Source: Candidatus Eiseniibacteriota bacterium (GTDB taxonomy: Bacteria > Eisenbacteria > RBG-16-71-46 > SZUA-252). From it: a stretch of 64,000 bases of DNA. Location: contig JANMQV010000152.1 of the NCBI GenBank assembly GCA_031370645.1, positions 97,020 to 161,019 on the forward strand. Direction: 5' to 3'. Positions 55,967 through 64,000 of this stretch are shown in pieces. Numbering within the stretch: the stretch's first letter is position 1; every line of letters starts with the position of its first letter. Below the pieces are notes generated by a model that saw only the letters and a list, made by a program, of their open reading frames with translations, did no database searches and was not told the DNA's origin. Made by a program: the position numbers and the translations under genes.

Positions 55967-56955
55967 TGCCGTTCGAGCGGTTCCGCGCGTTTTTCGACGC
56001 CCACACCGATTTCGCCATTTTCTCCCACGTCGATCCCGACGGCGACGCCATCGGCTCCGCCCTCGGTCTCGCCTGGGCGCTTCGCGAGATGGGCCGCGGC
56101 GCCGTCGTGATCAACGAGTCGCCCCTTCCGGCCAACCTCGACTTCCTGCCGGGGGCGGAAACCGTGCGTCGTCCCGATGCCTTCGCGGGCACCACATTCG
56201 ACGCGGTCATCGTGCTCGACTGCTCGTCCCTCGAGCGGCTCGGTCCGAACGCCGCGCGGCTCGTGGCTCCGACGGCGACGATCGCCTGCGTCGATCACCA
56301 CGTCGGGAACGCCGGATTTGGCGACCCCCGGCTGGTCGTGCCGGAGGCGAGCGCCACGGCCGAATTGATCCACGATCTGCTCGACGCGTGCCAGGTGCCT
56401 CTCACGCCTGAGACGGCGCAGTGCCTCTACACGGGGCTCGCTTCCGACACGGGCGCGTTCCGCTTTCAGAACACGACCCCGAAGGCGCTCCGTCTCGCGG
56501 CTCGCCTCGTCGATCACGGCGCGGAGCCGTCGCAGGTGGCCGACTGGCTCTACGCGAAGAAGAGCGCCGGGAGCCTTCGCATTCTCGGGCTCGCGCTCGC
56601 ATCGCTCGAATCGCGCGCGAACGGACAGGTGAGCGCGCTGACGATCTCGCGAGGCATGTTCGACCGCGCCGAAGCCTCGAGTGAGGACGCCGACGGCATC
56701 GTTCAGTACGCGAAGTCGCTCACCGGCGCGCGCGTCGGCGTGCTCTTCCAGGAGTTCGCGCCGGGGCAGATCCGCCTCAGTTTCCGAAGCGACGGCACCG
56801 TGGACGTGAACGAACTCGCCGGGAAATTCGGCGGCGGCGGCCACCGGGTCGCGGCCGGCGCTCGGATGGAGGGGGAACTCGGTTCCGTGCGGGAAACCGT
56901 GCTCGGTGCTCTGGAGCACGCCGTGAATGGCGGATCTCCTGCATCTCATCGATAA
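55963..56955 (+). CDS. nrnA: DHH/DHHA1 phosphoesterase (NrnA-like oligoribonuclease / pAp phosphatase)
   Basis: FSHVDPDGDAIGSALGL, CVDHHVGN, DTGAFRF, GGGGHRVAAGA. Confidence 0.8.
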   Translation: MMPFERFRAFFDAHTDFAIFSHVDPDGDAIGSALGLAWALREMGRGAVVINESPLPANLDFLPGAETVRRPDAFAGTTFDAVIVLDCSSLERLGPNAARLVAPTATIACVDHHVGNAGFGDPRLVVPEASATAELIHDLLDACQVPLTPETAQCLYTGLASDTGAFRFQNTTPKALRLAARLVDHGAEPSQVADWLYAKKSAGSLRILGLALASLESRANGQVSALTISRGMFDRAEASSEDADGIVQYAKSLTGARVGVLFQEFAPGQIRLSFRSDGTVDVNELAGKFGGGGHRVAAGARMEGELGSVRETVLGALEHAVNGGSPASHR

Positions 56956-57940
56956 GCCGGAGGGGTGGACCTCCCACGACGTGGTCGCGCGGCTTCGCCA
57001 CATTCTCGGTGAACGGCGCGTCGGGCATTCCGGAACGCTCGATCCCTTCGCGACCGGACTCCTGGTCGCGGCGGAGGGACGGGCGACGTCGCTCCTCGGC
57101 GCGCTCGGACTCCTGCCGAAGCGTTATCTCGCCACGCTCCGCCTGGGCGTCGCGACCGACACGCAGGATCGTACCGGCACTCCGATTCGAACCGAACCGG
57201 CCTCGGCGCTTCCGACCGCCGCCGCGTTCGACGCGGCGCTCGCTCGCTTTCGTGGAAGACTGGAACAGCAGCCGCCTCTCTACTCGGCGGTGAAGGTCGC
57301 GGGGGAGCGACTCTACAAGGCGGCGAGACGCGGGGAATCGGTGGAGCGCCCGGCGCGTCCGGTCCACGTCTACGCGCTCGAGCGTGTGGCGCCCGAATCC
57401 GCCGCGGCGGCCGCCACGCCCATGCCGCCCCTGTCGCCGGTGGTGAACGGCGAGCCGCGGCTTACCGCGACCCTCGCCGAGGCGACGCTGGACCTGACGG
57501 TGAGCCGCGGCACCTACGTTCGAACACTCGCGCACGATCTCGGCGAGGCGCTCGGCTGCGGCGCTCATCTGGTCGCGCTTCGGCGGCTCAGCATCGGGCC
57601 GTTCGATGTTTCGCGCGCCGGACGGGTGGAGCGGGACGGCGGATGGGACGCGGCGTCGTTTCGCGATCGGTCGATCGCGCCGGCGGAAGCCCTTTCCTTT
57701 CTTCCGCGCGTGCGGCTGACCCCGGATGAAGCGGCGCGCCTCCGGTTCGGTGCGGCGCCGTCGCCGGAGGCCGAGCGTGTCGAACCGTCGTCCTCCGACT
57801 ACCCGCTTCCGCCGGGTGCCGGCGGATGGCCCGTGGCGCTCCTCGATCCCGACGGCGCGCTCCTCGGGATGGCGGAGCCGTGGGAAGCGCAGACGCCCGG
57901 CATGCCGCTTCGGCTTCAGCGCGTGCTGGCCGACAACTAG
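56927..57940 (+). CDS. truB: tRNA pseudouridine(55) synthase
   Basis: IDKPEGWTSHDVV, GHSGTLDPFATGLL, PPLYSAVKV. Confidence 0.93.
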   Translation: MADLLHLIDKPEGWTSHDVVARLRHILGERRVGHSGTLDPFATGLLVAAEGRATSLLGALGLLPKRYLATLRLGVATDTQDRTGTPIRTEPASALPTAAAFDAALARFRGRLEQQPPLYSAVKVAGERLYKAARRGESVERPARPVHVYALERVAPESAAAAATPMPPLSPVVNGEPRLTATLAEATLDLTVSRGTYVRTLAHDLGEALGCGAHLVALRRLSIGPFDVSRAGRVERDGGWDAASFRDRSIAPAEALSFLPRVRLTPDEAARLRFGAAPSPEAERVEPSSSDYPLPPGAGGWPVALLDPDGALLGMAEPWEAQTPGMPLRLQRVLADN

Positions 57941-57970
57941 CGCCCTCGAGAAGAGACGAGAACGAACGAG

Positions 57971-58924
57971 ATGACGCCCGCGAATCGTCCCATCGCCCTC
58001 ACGATCGGAGTCTTCGATGGCCTCCACCGGGGCCATCAGGCGATCGTGCGCGCGGTGGTGGAGGCGGCTCGCGCGCGCGGCGGCGCCGCGTGGGTGGCGA
58101 CGTTCGACCCGCATCCCGACGCGGTGCTCCGCGGCGTGGAGCAGCGCCCCTGGATCACGCCGCCGGAAGAGCGCGCGGCGTTGCTTCACGCGATGGGGAT
58201 CGACCGGGTAGAGGTCATTCGGTTCGACCGCTCGGTGAGCATGCTACTGCCGGAGGAGTTCCTCGACCAAATCCTCGGCGTCGGCGCACACCTCTCGGCG
58301 CTCGTTATTGGGGCCGACTTCAGAATGGGCCGCGGACGGATGGGTGACCGCGCCTACCTGGAAGCCCTGGGACGCCGCCGCGGCTTCGAGGTGATCGAGG
58401 TGCCAATCCTGCCGGCGGCCGGGGTCCTCGCCACGCCCGGCGGCTCGCCGGAGAAGATCTCGAGCACGGCCATTCGGCGCGCCATCGAGGCGGGGAAGAT
58501 GGAGGAGGCCGAGGCGATGATGGGGCGTCCCTACGCGCTCGAGGGGACGGTCGGCTCCGGTGCCGGGAGAGGCACGGTTCTTGGTTTTCCAACCGCGAAC
58601 CTCGAAATCCACCCGAAGAAGCTCTTGCCTCCGGCCGGTATCTATTTGTCAGATAATGAGATGGATGGAGGTCAGGCGCGCGGACTCACGTACGTGGGGA
58701 GCGCCCCGACGTTCGGACCCGGGCCGACCCGCGCCGAGGTCTTCTTGATCGACTTCGAGGGGAGTCTCCGAGGCCGGCTGCTGAAAACGCTGCTCCGATC
58801 GAAGCTACGTGCCGATAAGGTCTTCGGGTCGCCTGAAGCGTTGGTGGAGGCGATGAACGAAGACGTCGCGAGAGCCCGCGAGATTTGGGCTCGGCAGGAT
58901 GCTGAATCATCGAGGGCTCGGTGA
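57971..58924 (+). CDS. ribF: bifunctional riboflavin kinase / FMN adenylyltransferase
   Basis: LTIGVFDGLHRGHQ, kinase domain GRGTVLGFPTANL...AEVFLIDFEG. Confidence 0.92.
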   Translation: MTPANRPIALTIGVFDGLHRGHQAIVRAVVEAARARGGAAWVATFDPHPDAVLRGVEQRPWITPPEERAALLHAMGIDRVEVIRFDRSVSMLLPEEFLDQILGVGAHLSALVIGADFRMGRGRMGDRAYLEALGRRRGFEVIEVPILPAAGVLATPGGSPEKISSTAIRRAIEAGKMEEAEAMMGRPYALEGTVGSGAGRGTVLGFPTANLEIHPKKLLPPAGIYLSDNEMDGGQARGLTYVGSAPTFGPGPTRAEVFLIDFEGSLRGRLLKTLLRSKLRADKVFGSPEALVEAMNEDVARAREIWARQDAESSRAR

Positions 58925-58954
58925 GCCCCCTTGCACTCATTCGTGAAGAAACGC

Positions 58955-58982
58955 TTGCAACCCTCATTCCATTTGCTACATT
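58955..58982 (+). promoter_or_regulatory. probable sigma70 promoter of rpsO
   Basis: TTGCAA (58955-58960), a 16-nt spacer, then TACATT (58977-58982). It lies in the most AT-rich patch of the window, about 45 nt upstream of rpsO. Confidence 0.5.
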
Positions 58983-59009
58983 CCCTGCTCCAGAAAAGAA
59001 AGAGGGAAT
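58980..59009 (+). promoter_or_regulatory. rpsO 5'-leader hairpin
   Basis: attccct / agggaat 7-bp stem with a 16-nt purine-rich loop, ending 4 nt before the AAGGAGG Shine-Dalgarno. Confidence 0.35.
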
Positions 59010-59027
59010 GTCAAGGAGGTGGCACCG

Positions 59028-59297
59028 GTGCCGTTGACCCCAGATCAGAAGCGCGTCGTAATCCAGCAGTTCCGAGTCCATGAAGGCGATTCTGGCTCGG
59101 CCGAGGTACAAATCGCGCTTCTCACCGAACGCATCAAGTACCTGACGGAGCACTTCAAGGTCCACAAGCGCGACCATCATAGTCGCCGGGGCCTGCTCCG
59201 AATGGTGGGTCAGCGCCGTAGACTGCTCGACTACTTGAAGGCCACGAAAGTCGAGCGGTACCGGGCCGTGGTCAAAGAGCTCGGCCTCCGCAAGTAG
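59028..59297 (+). CDS. rpsO: 30S ribosomal protein S15
   Basis: ...[43 protein letters not shown]... GTG 59028 is preferred: it gives 89 aa with AAGGAGG 8 nt upstream. GTG 59019 overlaps the SD. Confidence 0.95.
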   Translation: MPLTPDQKRVVIQQFRVHEGDSGSAEVQIALLTERIKYLTEHFKVHKRDHHSRRGLLRMVGQRRRLLDYLKATKVERYRAVVKELGLRK

Positions 59298-59354
59298 GCC
59301 GTCACCCGCTTCCGCGGGGACCTCAGCAGTACCCTCCCCTCGACACTCCATCGG

Positions 59355-59387
59355 CTTCCCCTGGCGCCAACCGAGCGCCAGGGGAAG
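59355..59387 (+). promoter_or_regulatory. long perfect hairpin in the rpsO-pnp intergenic region (processing or attenuation element)
   Basis: cttcccctggcgc / gcgccaggggaag 13-bp perfect stem with a 7-nt loop. No U-tract follows. Confidence 0.5.
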
Positions 59388-59434
59388 ACCGTCCGTTGTC
59401 CCGAAGCAGATCGTGGCGTGAAAAGGAGAAACGA

Positions 59435-61633
59435 ATGGCAGAATCCGTAAGCCTCGAGCTAGGCGGTCGCCGCCTCACGATTGAGGTAGGCAAGGTCGCC
59501 AAGCAGGCGAGTGGCGCGACGTGGATCCAGTACGGCGAGACCGTCGTCTTGACGGCGATGGTCGTCAGCAAGGATCCCGTGGAAAAGGACTTCTTCCCGC
59601 TCCAAGTCGAATACCGCGAGAGGACCTACGCGGCGGGACGCATCCCGGGCGGCTTCTTCAAGCGCGAGGGTCGTCCGACGGAGAAGGAGATCCTTTCGAG
59701 CCGGCTCATCGACCGGCCGCTGCGTCCGATGTTCCCGGACGGCTATCGGCACGAAATCCAGATCATGTCGACCGTCCTCTCCTCCGATCAGACGAACGAC
59801 GCCGACATTCTCGGCATCACCGGCGCTTCCGCCGCCCTCATGATCTCCGAAGTCGCGTTCCCCGAGGCCGTCTCGGCCGTCCGCGTCGGCTCGGTCGAGG
59901 GAAATCTCATCCTCAATCCCACCATCCAGGAACTCGACGACTCGGACCTCGACCTCGTGGTCGCGGCCACCGACTCGAGCATCGTGATGGTCGAAGCGGG
60001 CGCGCGTGAAGTGACCGAGGAGCTGCTCGTGAAGGCCCTCGAGTTCGCGCACGCGGCCATCCGCCAGTTGAACGAAATGCAGCGGGAACTGGTCCGCCGC
60101 GTCGGCAAGCCGAAGCGCGCGTGGAACGGCCCGGCCCGCGACGAGTCGCTGGTGAAGGATATCGAGGCCGCGTACAGCGACCGCATTCACAAGGCGAACA
60201 GCATCACGGAGAAGCTGGAGCGCCAGGCGGCTCTCGACGCGATTGCCGCGGATGCGGCCACTCGCTTCACCTCGAGCCACCCCGGCACCGAGAAGTTCGT
60301 GAAGTCGGTGTTGAATCACCTCGAAGAGAAGTCGGTCCGGAAGCTCATCGTGAAGGACAAGCGCCGTCCCGATGGCCGCGGCTTCGACGATATCCGCCCG
60401 ATCACGATCGAGGTCGCCACGCTCCCGCGCACGCATGGCTCCGCGCTCTTCACGCGCGGCCAGACCCAGGCCCTCGTCGTCGCGACCCTCGGCACCAAGG
60501 TGGACGAGCAGCGGATCGAGGAAATGGAAGGGCAGAGCTGGAAGAGCTTCATGCTCCACTACAATTTCCCGTCCTACAGCGTCGGCGAAGTGCGGCCGAT
60601 GCGCGGACCGGGTCGCCGCGAGATCGGACACGGCGCGCTCGCCGAACGCGCGCTCGAGCCGCTCATCCCGAGCGACATCGACTTCCCCTACACGGTCCGC
60701 CTCGTCTCCGAAATTCTGGAGTCGAACGGCTCCTCATCCATGGCGACGATCTGCGGCGGCAGCCTCGCGTTGATGGACGCGGGCGTGCCGATCAAGACGC
60801 ACGTCGCCGGCGTGGCGATGGGCCTCGTCCAGGAAGGCAGCGACGTGGCCATCCTGACCGACATCCAGGGCGTCGAGGATCACCTTGGCGACATGGACTT
60901 CAAGGTGGCCGGCACGCGCGATGGCATCACCGCGTTGCAAATGGACATCAAGATCAAGGGCCTCTCCTCCGCGTTGATGTCGGAAGCGCTCGCCAAAGCC
61001 AAGAAGGCGCGCCTCTTCCTGCTCGACACGATGGAGTCGGCACTTCGCGAGCCGCGTGCGGAGCTGTCGCCGTACGCGCCACGCATCTACATCATGATGA
61101 TCGACCCGGACAAGATCCGCGAGGTCATCGGACCGGGCGGCAAGATGATCAAGAAGATCTGCGCCGAAACCGGCACCCAGATCGATATCGAGGATACGGG
61201 AGAGGTCCGGATCGCGGCCTTCAGCGGCGCGGACGGAGACAAGGCCCGCGACATCATCCGCTCGATCACCGAGGATCCGGAGATCGGCCGTGTCTACCAG
61301 GGCATCGTCCGCCGCGTCGTGCCGTTCGGTGCGTTCGTGGAGATCAGCCCGGGCAAGGATGGCCTGGTTCACATCTCCGAGCTCGAAATGAAGCGCGTCG
61401 AGAAGGTCGAGGACGTCATCAACGAGGGCGACACGGTCCTCGTGAAGGTCATCGCCATCGACTCGGAAGGAAAGGTCAAGCTGAGCCGCAAGCAGGCGCT
61501 GCCGGAGTACGCGGCGGCGCTCGCCGCGGGCGAGATTCAGGAGTCGGCGCCCGGCGGGGATCGCGGTCCTCGCGGCCGTGGCGGAGACCGTGGCGGCCCG
61601 CGTGGCCGGCGGCCGGAGCCGTCTCGCCGTTGA
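59435..61633 (+). CDS. pnp: polyribonucleotide nucleotidyltransferase (PNPase) with an RGG-type C-terminal tail
   Basis: Two RNase PH domains, KH (IREVIGPGGKMIKKI) and S1 (GIVRRVVPFGAFVEI). ATG 59435 follows AAAAGGAG. Tail is ESAPGGDRGPRGRGGDRGGPRGRRPEPSRR. Confidence 0.96.
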   Translation: MAESVSLELGGRRLTIEVGKVAKQASGATWIQYGETVVLTAMVVSKDPVEKDFFPLQVEYRERTYAAGRIPGGFFKREGRPTEKEILSSRLIDRPLRPMFPDGYRHEIQIMSTVLSSDQTNDADILGITGASAALMISEVAFPEAVSAVRVGSVEGNLILNPTIQELDDSDLDLVVAATDSSIVMVEAGAREVTEELLVKALEFAHAAIRQLNEMQRELVRRVGKPKRAWNGPARDESLVKDIEAAYSDRIHKANSITEKLERQAALDAIAADAATRFTSSHPGTEKFVKSVLNHLEEKSVRKLIVKDKRRPDGRGFDDIRPITIEVATLPRTHGSALFTRGQTQALVVATLGTKVDEQRIEEMEGQSWKSFMLHYNFPSYSVGEVRPMRGPGRREIGHGALAERALEPLIPSDIDFPYTVRLVSEILESNGSSSMATICGGSLALMDAGVPIKTHVAGVAMGLVQEGSDVAILTDIQGVEDHLGDMDFKVAGTRDGITALQMDIKIKGLSSALMSEALAKAKKARLFLLDTMESALREPRAELSPYAPRIYIMMIDPDKIREVIGPGGKMIKKICAETGTQIDIEDTGEVRIAAFSGADGDKARDIIRSITEDPEIGRVYQGIVRRVVPFGAFVEISPGKDGLVHISELEMKRVEKVEDVINEGDTVLVKVIAIDSEGKVKLSRKQALPEYAAALAAGEIQESAPGGDRGPRGRGGDRGGPRGRRPEPSRR

Positions 61634-61671
61634 CCCAGTTCGAGACGCCCCGAGTTCGATTCGCCGCAACG

Positions 61672-61703
61672 CAACGGAGGCTTCGGCCTCCGTTGTCGTT
61701 TGC
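61672..61703 (+). terminator. probable terminator after pnp
   Basis: caacggaggc-TTCG-gcctccgttg: 10-bp stem with a UUCG tetraloop, followed by TCGTTTGC (weak U-tract). Confidence 0.5.
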
Positions 61704-61730
61704 CGGCCGGAGGGTCTCCACCTGAGCCCC

Positions 61731-63017
61731 GTGGCCGAACCGCGTTTCCACCACCTCGTCCTCCCCTCGGGCATCACGCTCGTCGGCGAAGAGGTCGACT
61801 CCGTCCGCTCGGTCGCCGTCGGCGTCTGGGTAAAGGTCGGTGCGCGGCACGAAACGGCGGGGGAGAGCGGCCTCTCGCATTTCCTCGAACACATGCTCTT
61901 CAAAGGAACGCGGACGCGCGACGCCTTCCAGATCGCCTGGAGCCTCGAAGCAGTCGGCGGGCACCTCGACGCCTTCACGGGCCGCGAATCGACCTGCTAC
62001 TACGCGCGCGCCCTCGACGAGCATCTCGACCTGGCGCTCGACGTCCTGGCCGATCTCGCGCTTCGCCCCCGTCTCGATCCCTCCGACGTGACGAAGGAGA
62101 AGCAGGTCATCCTGGAGGAAATCCACAACAGCGAAGACACGCCCGACGACCGCATCCATGACCTCTTCGCCGACGTGGTCTGGAAGGGGCATCCGCTCGG
62201 GCATCGCATTCTCGGGAGCAAGGAGTCGGTCTCCGGGTTCGCCACCGAGACGGTCGCCGGTTATCACCGCCGTCACTACGTCGCGCCGAACTTCCTCATT
62301 TCGATCGCGGGGAATTTCGAGTGGGACCGCTTCGTGTCGGAGGCCGCCGCGCGCTTCGGCGACGCCTCGCTCGGCGCAGCGACGCCGACGCCCCCCTCCT
62401 CGTCGGGAGGGCGCGCGGTCGTCCATCGCGTCGAAGAGCTGCAGCAGCAGTATCTCTGCGTCGGCGGGCCCGGTCTCTCGCATGAGCACCCCGACCGAAC
62501 CACGCTCGCGCTCCTCTCCACCGTCCTCGGGGGCGGCATGTCGAGCCGACTGTTCCAGCGCGTGCGGGAGCAGGAGGGGCTTGCGTACGCGGTCTACACA
62601 TACGCCGATTCGTACGAGGACTCGGGCATCTTCTGCGCCGCGATGAACGTGCAGCCGGAGCACGGCCGGAAGGCCTTGCGACTCACGCTGGAAGAGTTCG
62701 ACCGAATCGCGCAGGATGGGCTCCCGGCTGCGGACCTGGAGGCGGCCAAGGCGCAGCTGAAGGGGGGGCTCCTGCTCAGCCTGGAGAGCACGTCGAGCCG
62801 CATGCACCGGATCGCCCGCGCTCAGATGTACGCGGGGCGGATCGTGCCGGTGGAAGAGCTGGTGGCGGCGATCGAACGGATCACCTCCGAGGACGTGAAG
62901 CGGATCGCGGGCGGCCTACTGGCGCGCGACCGCCTCTCGATCGTGGCGCTGGGAGGGAGCGACGCGCGTCCCTACGGCGACGAGGACCTGGTGGCGGCGG
63001 AAGCCGCGAAAGCCTGA
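61731..63017 (+). CDS. M16-family (insulinase/pitrilysin-like) zinc peptidase
   Basis: [11 protein letters not shown] (HxxEH) zinc motif. GTG 61731 ([18 protein letters not shown]...) is preferred because ORF start 61578 overlaps pnp and the terminator hairpin. Confidence 0.88.
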   Translation: MAEPRFHHLVLPSGITLVGEEVDSVRSVAVGVWVKVGARHETAGESGLSHFLEHMLFKGTRTRDAFQIAWSLEAVGGHLDAFTGRESTCYYARALDEHLDLALDVLADLALRPRLDPSDVTKEKQVILEEIHNSEDTPDDRIHDLFADVVWKGHPLGHRILGSKESVSGFATETVAGYHRRHYVAPNFLISIAGNFEWDRFVSEAAARFGDASLGAATPTPPSSSGGRAVVHRVEELQQQYLCVGGPGLSHEHPDRTTLALLSTVLGGGMSSRLFQRVREQEGLAYAVYTYADSYEDSGIFCAAMNVQPEHGRKALRLTLEEFDRIAQDGLPAADLEAAKAQLKGGLLLSLESTSSRMHRIARAQMYAGRIVPVEELVAAIERITSEDVKRIAGGLLARDRLSIVALGGSDARPYGDEDLVAAEAAKA

Positions 63018-63031
63018 CGGGGAGGAGCGCG

Positions 63032-63475
63032 ATGGAACGGGTGGTGGTAAAGGTCTCGCTGGAGCCGCACGCCTTCGAGGCGCCGGCCTACCAGACGGAG
63101 CATGCCGCGGGGATGGATCTCCACGCCGCGGTCGATCACGACGTCACGATCGAGCCGGGCCAGGTGATCGCCGTGCCGACGGGACTTCGCCTGGAGATTC
63201 CGCCCGGTTTCGAGGGGCAAATCCGCGGACGAAGCGGCCTGGCGGCGAAGCACGCCATCGGCGTGCCGAACGCGCCGGGCACGATCGACGCCGACTACCG
63301 CGGGGAGGTGAAGGTGCTCCTCGTGAATTGGGGACGCGCTCCATTCACCGTGAAACGCGGCGAGCGGATCGCGCAGCTCGTGATCGCGTCGGTGGCGCGC
63401 GCGTCGCTCGACGTCGTGACGGAACTCTCCGCCACCGCGAGGGGCGACGGAGGGTTCGGGCACACGGGCCGATGA
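63032..63475 (+). CDS. dut: dUTP diphosphatase
   Basis: [36 protein letters not shown]. Confidence 0.94.
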   Translation: MERVVVKVSLEPHAFEAPAYQTEHAAGMDLHAAVDHDVTIEPGQVIAVPTGLRLEIPPGFEGQIRGRSGLAAKHAIGVPNAPGTIDADYRGEVKVLLVNWGRAPFTVKRGERIAQLVIASVARASLDVVTELSATARGDGGFGHTGR

Positions 63476-64000
63476 CGGCGCGCGGGGCACTTCCGCCGCT
63501 CGTGCTCACGCTTCACCAAACACCCCGCCGCGCGACGTGGTCGCCGCTCGCCGTTGGCGCCGGCCCGCTTCGCTCGCTCCTGCACGATCTCCTGCGGCGG
63601 GGGTATCGATTCCTTCCGCTCGACGATATCGGTTCCGAGGGCCCGCCCCCGGGCACCGCCCTCCTCACCGTGGACGACGGCTACGCCTCCACCGTAGAGG
63701 TCTTGGCTCCCCTCGCGCGGGAACTAGGCATCCCCTGGTCCGTGTTCTTATTGGTAGGCGCCGTGGGTACCCGGAACGACTGGGACCTCCACGGCGTTTC
63801 GCTACCGGAGCGCCACCTCCGCGAGGAGGAAATCGTCGCGCTCGCCGGAGAGGGAGTCGGAATCGGATCGCACGGCGTACATCATCTCGACTGGACGCGC
63901 CTAAGCGACGGCGCGCTTCGCGAGGAGCTGACCGCCTCGCGCGCGTGGCTCGAACGCGCCACCGGGCGTCGCATCGACGCGCTCTCCTATCCCTGGGGCC
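63472..64000 (+). CDS. polysaccharide deacetylase (NodB-homology) family protein, 3' end outside window
   Basis: My own translation from ATG 63472 (ATGA overlap with dut): ...[12 protein letters not shown]..., ...IGSHGVHH..., ...ALSYPWG. These match the NodB motifs TFDDG, H(S/T)xxH and YP.G. The frame is open to the window edge. Confidence 0.75.
   Translation, partial: MTARGALPPLVLTLHQTPRRATWSPLAVGAGPLRSLLHDLLRRGYRFLPLDDIGSEGPPPGTALLTVDDGYASTVEVLAPLARELGIPWSVFLLVGAVGTRNDWDLHGVSLPERHLREEEIVALAGEGVGIGSHGVHHLDWTRLSDGALREELTASRAWLERATGRRIDALSYPWG

Overview
GC-rich, very densely packed chromosomal segment from a diderm bacterium, with strong G/C preference at codon position 3. I call about 63 protein genes. 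Almost all are on the + strand; the only minus-strand islands are 1180-2184, 14702-17261 and 41019-43534. Many neighbouring genes share 4-nt ATGA/GTGA start/stop overlaps. I saw no rRNA, tRNA, CRISPR array, transposase, integrase or compositional island.

The content is mainly housekeeping, in conserved blocks:
- the end of trpA
- csrA, two small ORFs and a sigma54 two-component pair
- tgt-yajC-def-fmt-rsmB-(PASTA protein)-rpe-galE-heptose genes
- a MacA/MacB-like pair
- a COG2403 P-loop gene, then sucCD and ndk
- yceD-rpmF-plsX-fabHDG-acpP-fabF-rnc
- a TPR protein, ECF sigma, anti-sigma, HtrA-like protein and lipoprotein
- aroB-(TPR/Pro-rich)-aroQ-accB-pilT-accC-comB-like
- two LptF/G-family permeases
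- a ~2000-aa SprA-like type IX secretion (T9SS) translocon with an overlapping lipoprotein glutaminyl cyclase
- rimP-nusA-infB-DUF503-rbfA-nrnA-truB-ribF-rpsO-pnp-M16-dut-(deacetylase)

SprA together with LPS genes suggests an FCB-superphylum lineage; this is inference only.

I did not find a self-contained, obviously new multi-gene system such as a defence island. The most unusual signals are:
- histone-H1-like K/A/P tails on SucD and on the upstream COG2403 protein
- RGG-type tails on RNase III and PNPase
- an HtrA-like protein with all three catalytic residues replaced, sitting behind an ECF sigma/anti-sigma pair
- a kinase-less PASTA protein in the PrkC slot of the def-fmt-rsmB...rpe block
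- pilT wedged between accB and accC
- the sprA-glutaminyl cyclase operon
- a csrA module followed by a GGA-rich leader

All family calls rest on motifs I recognised by eye in the supplied translations. No alignments or database searches were run.
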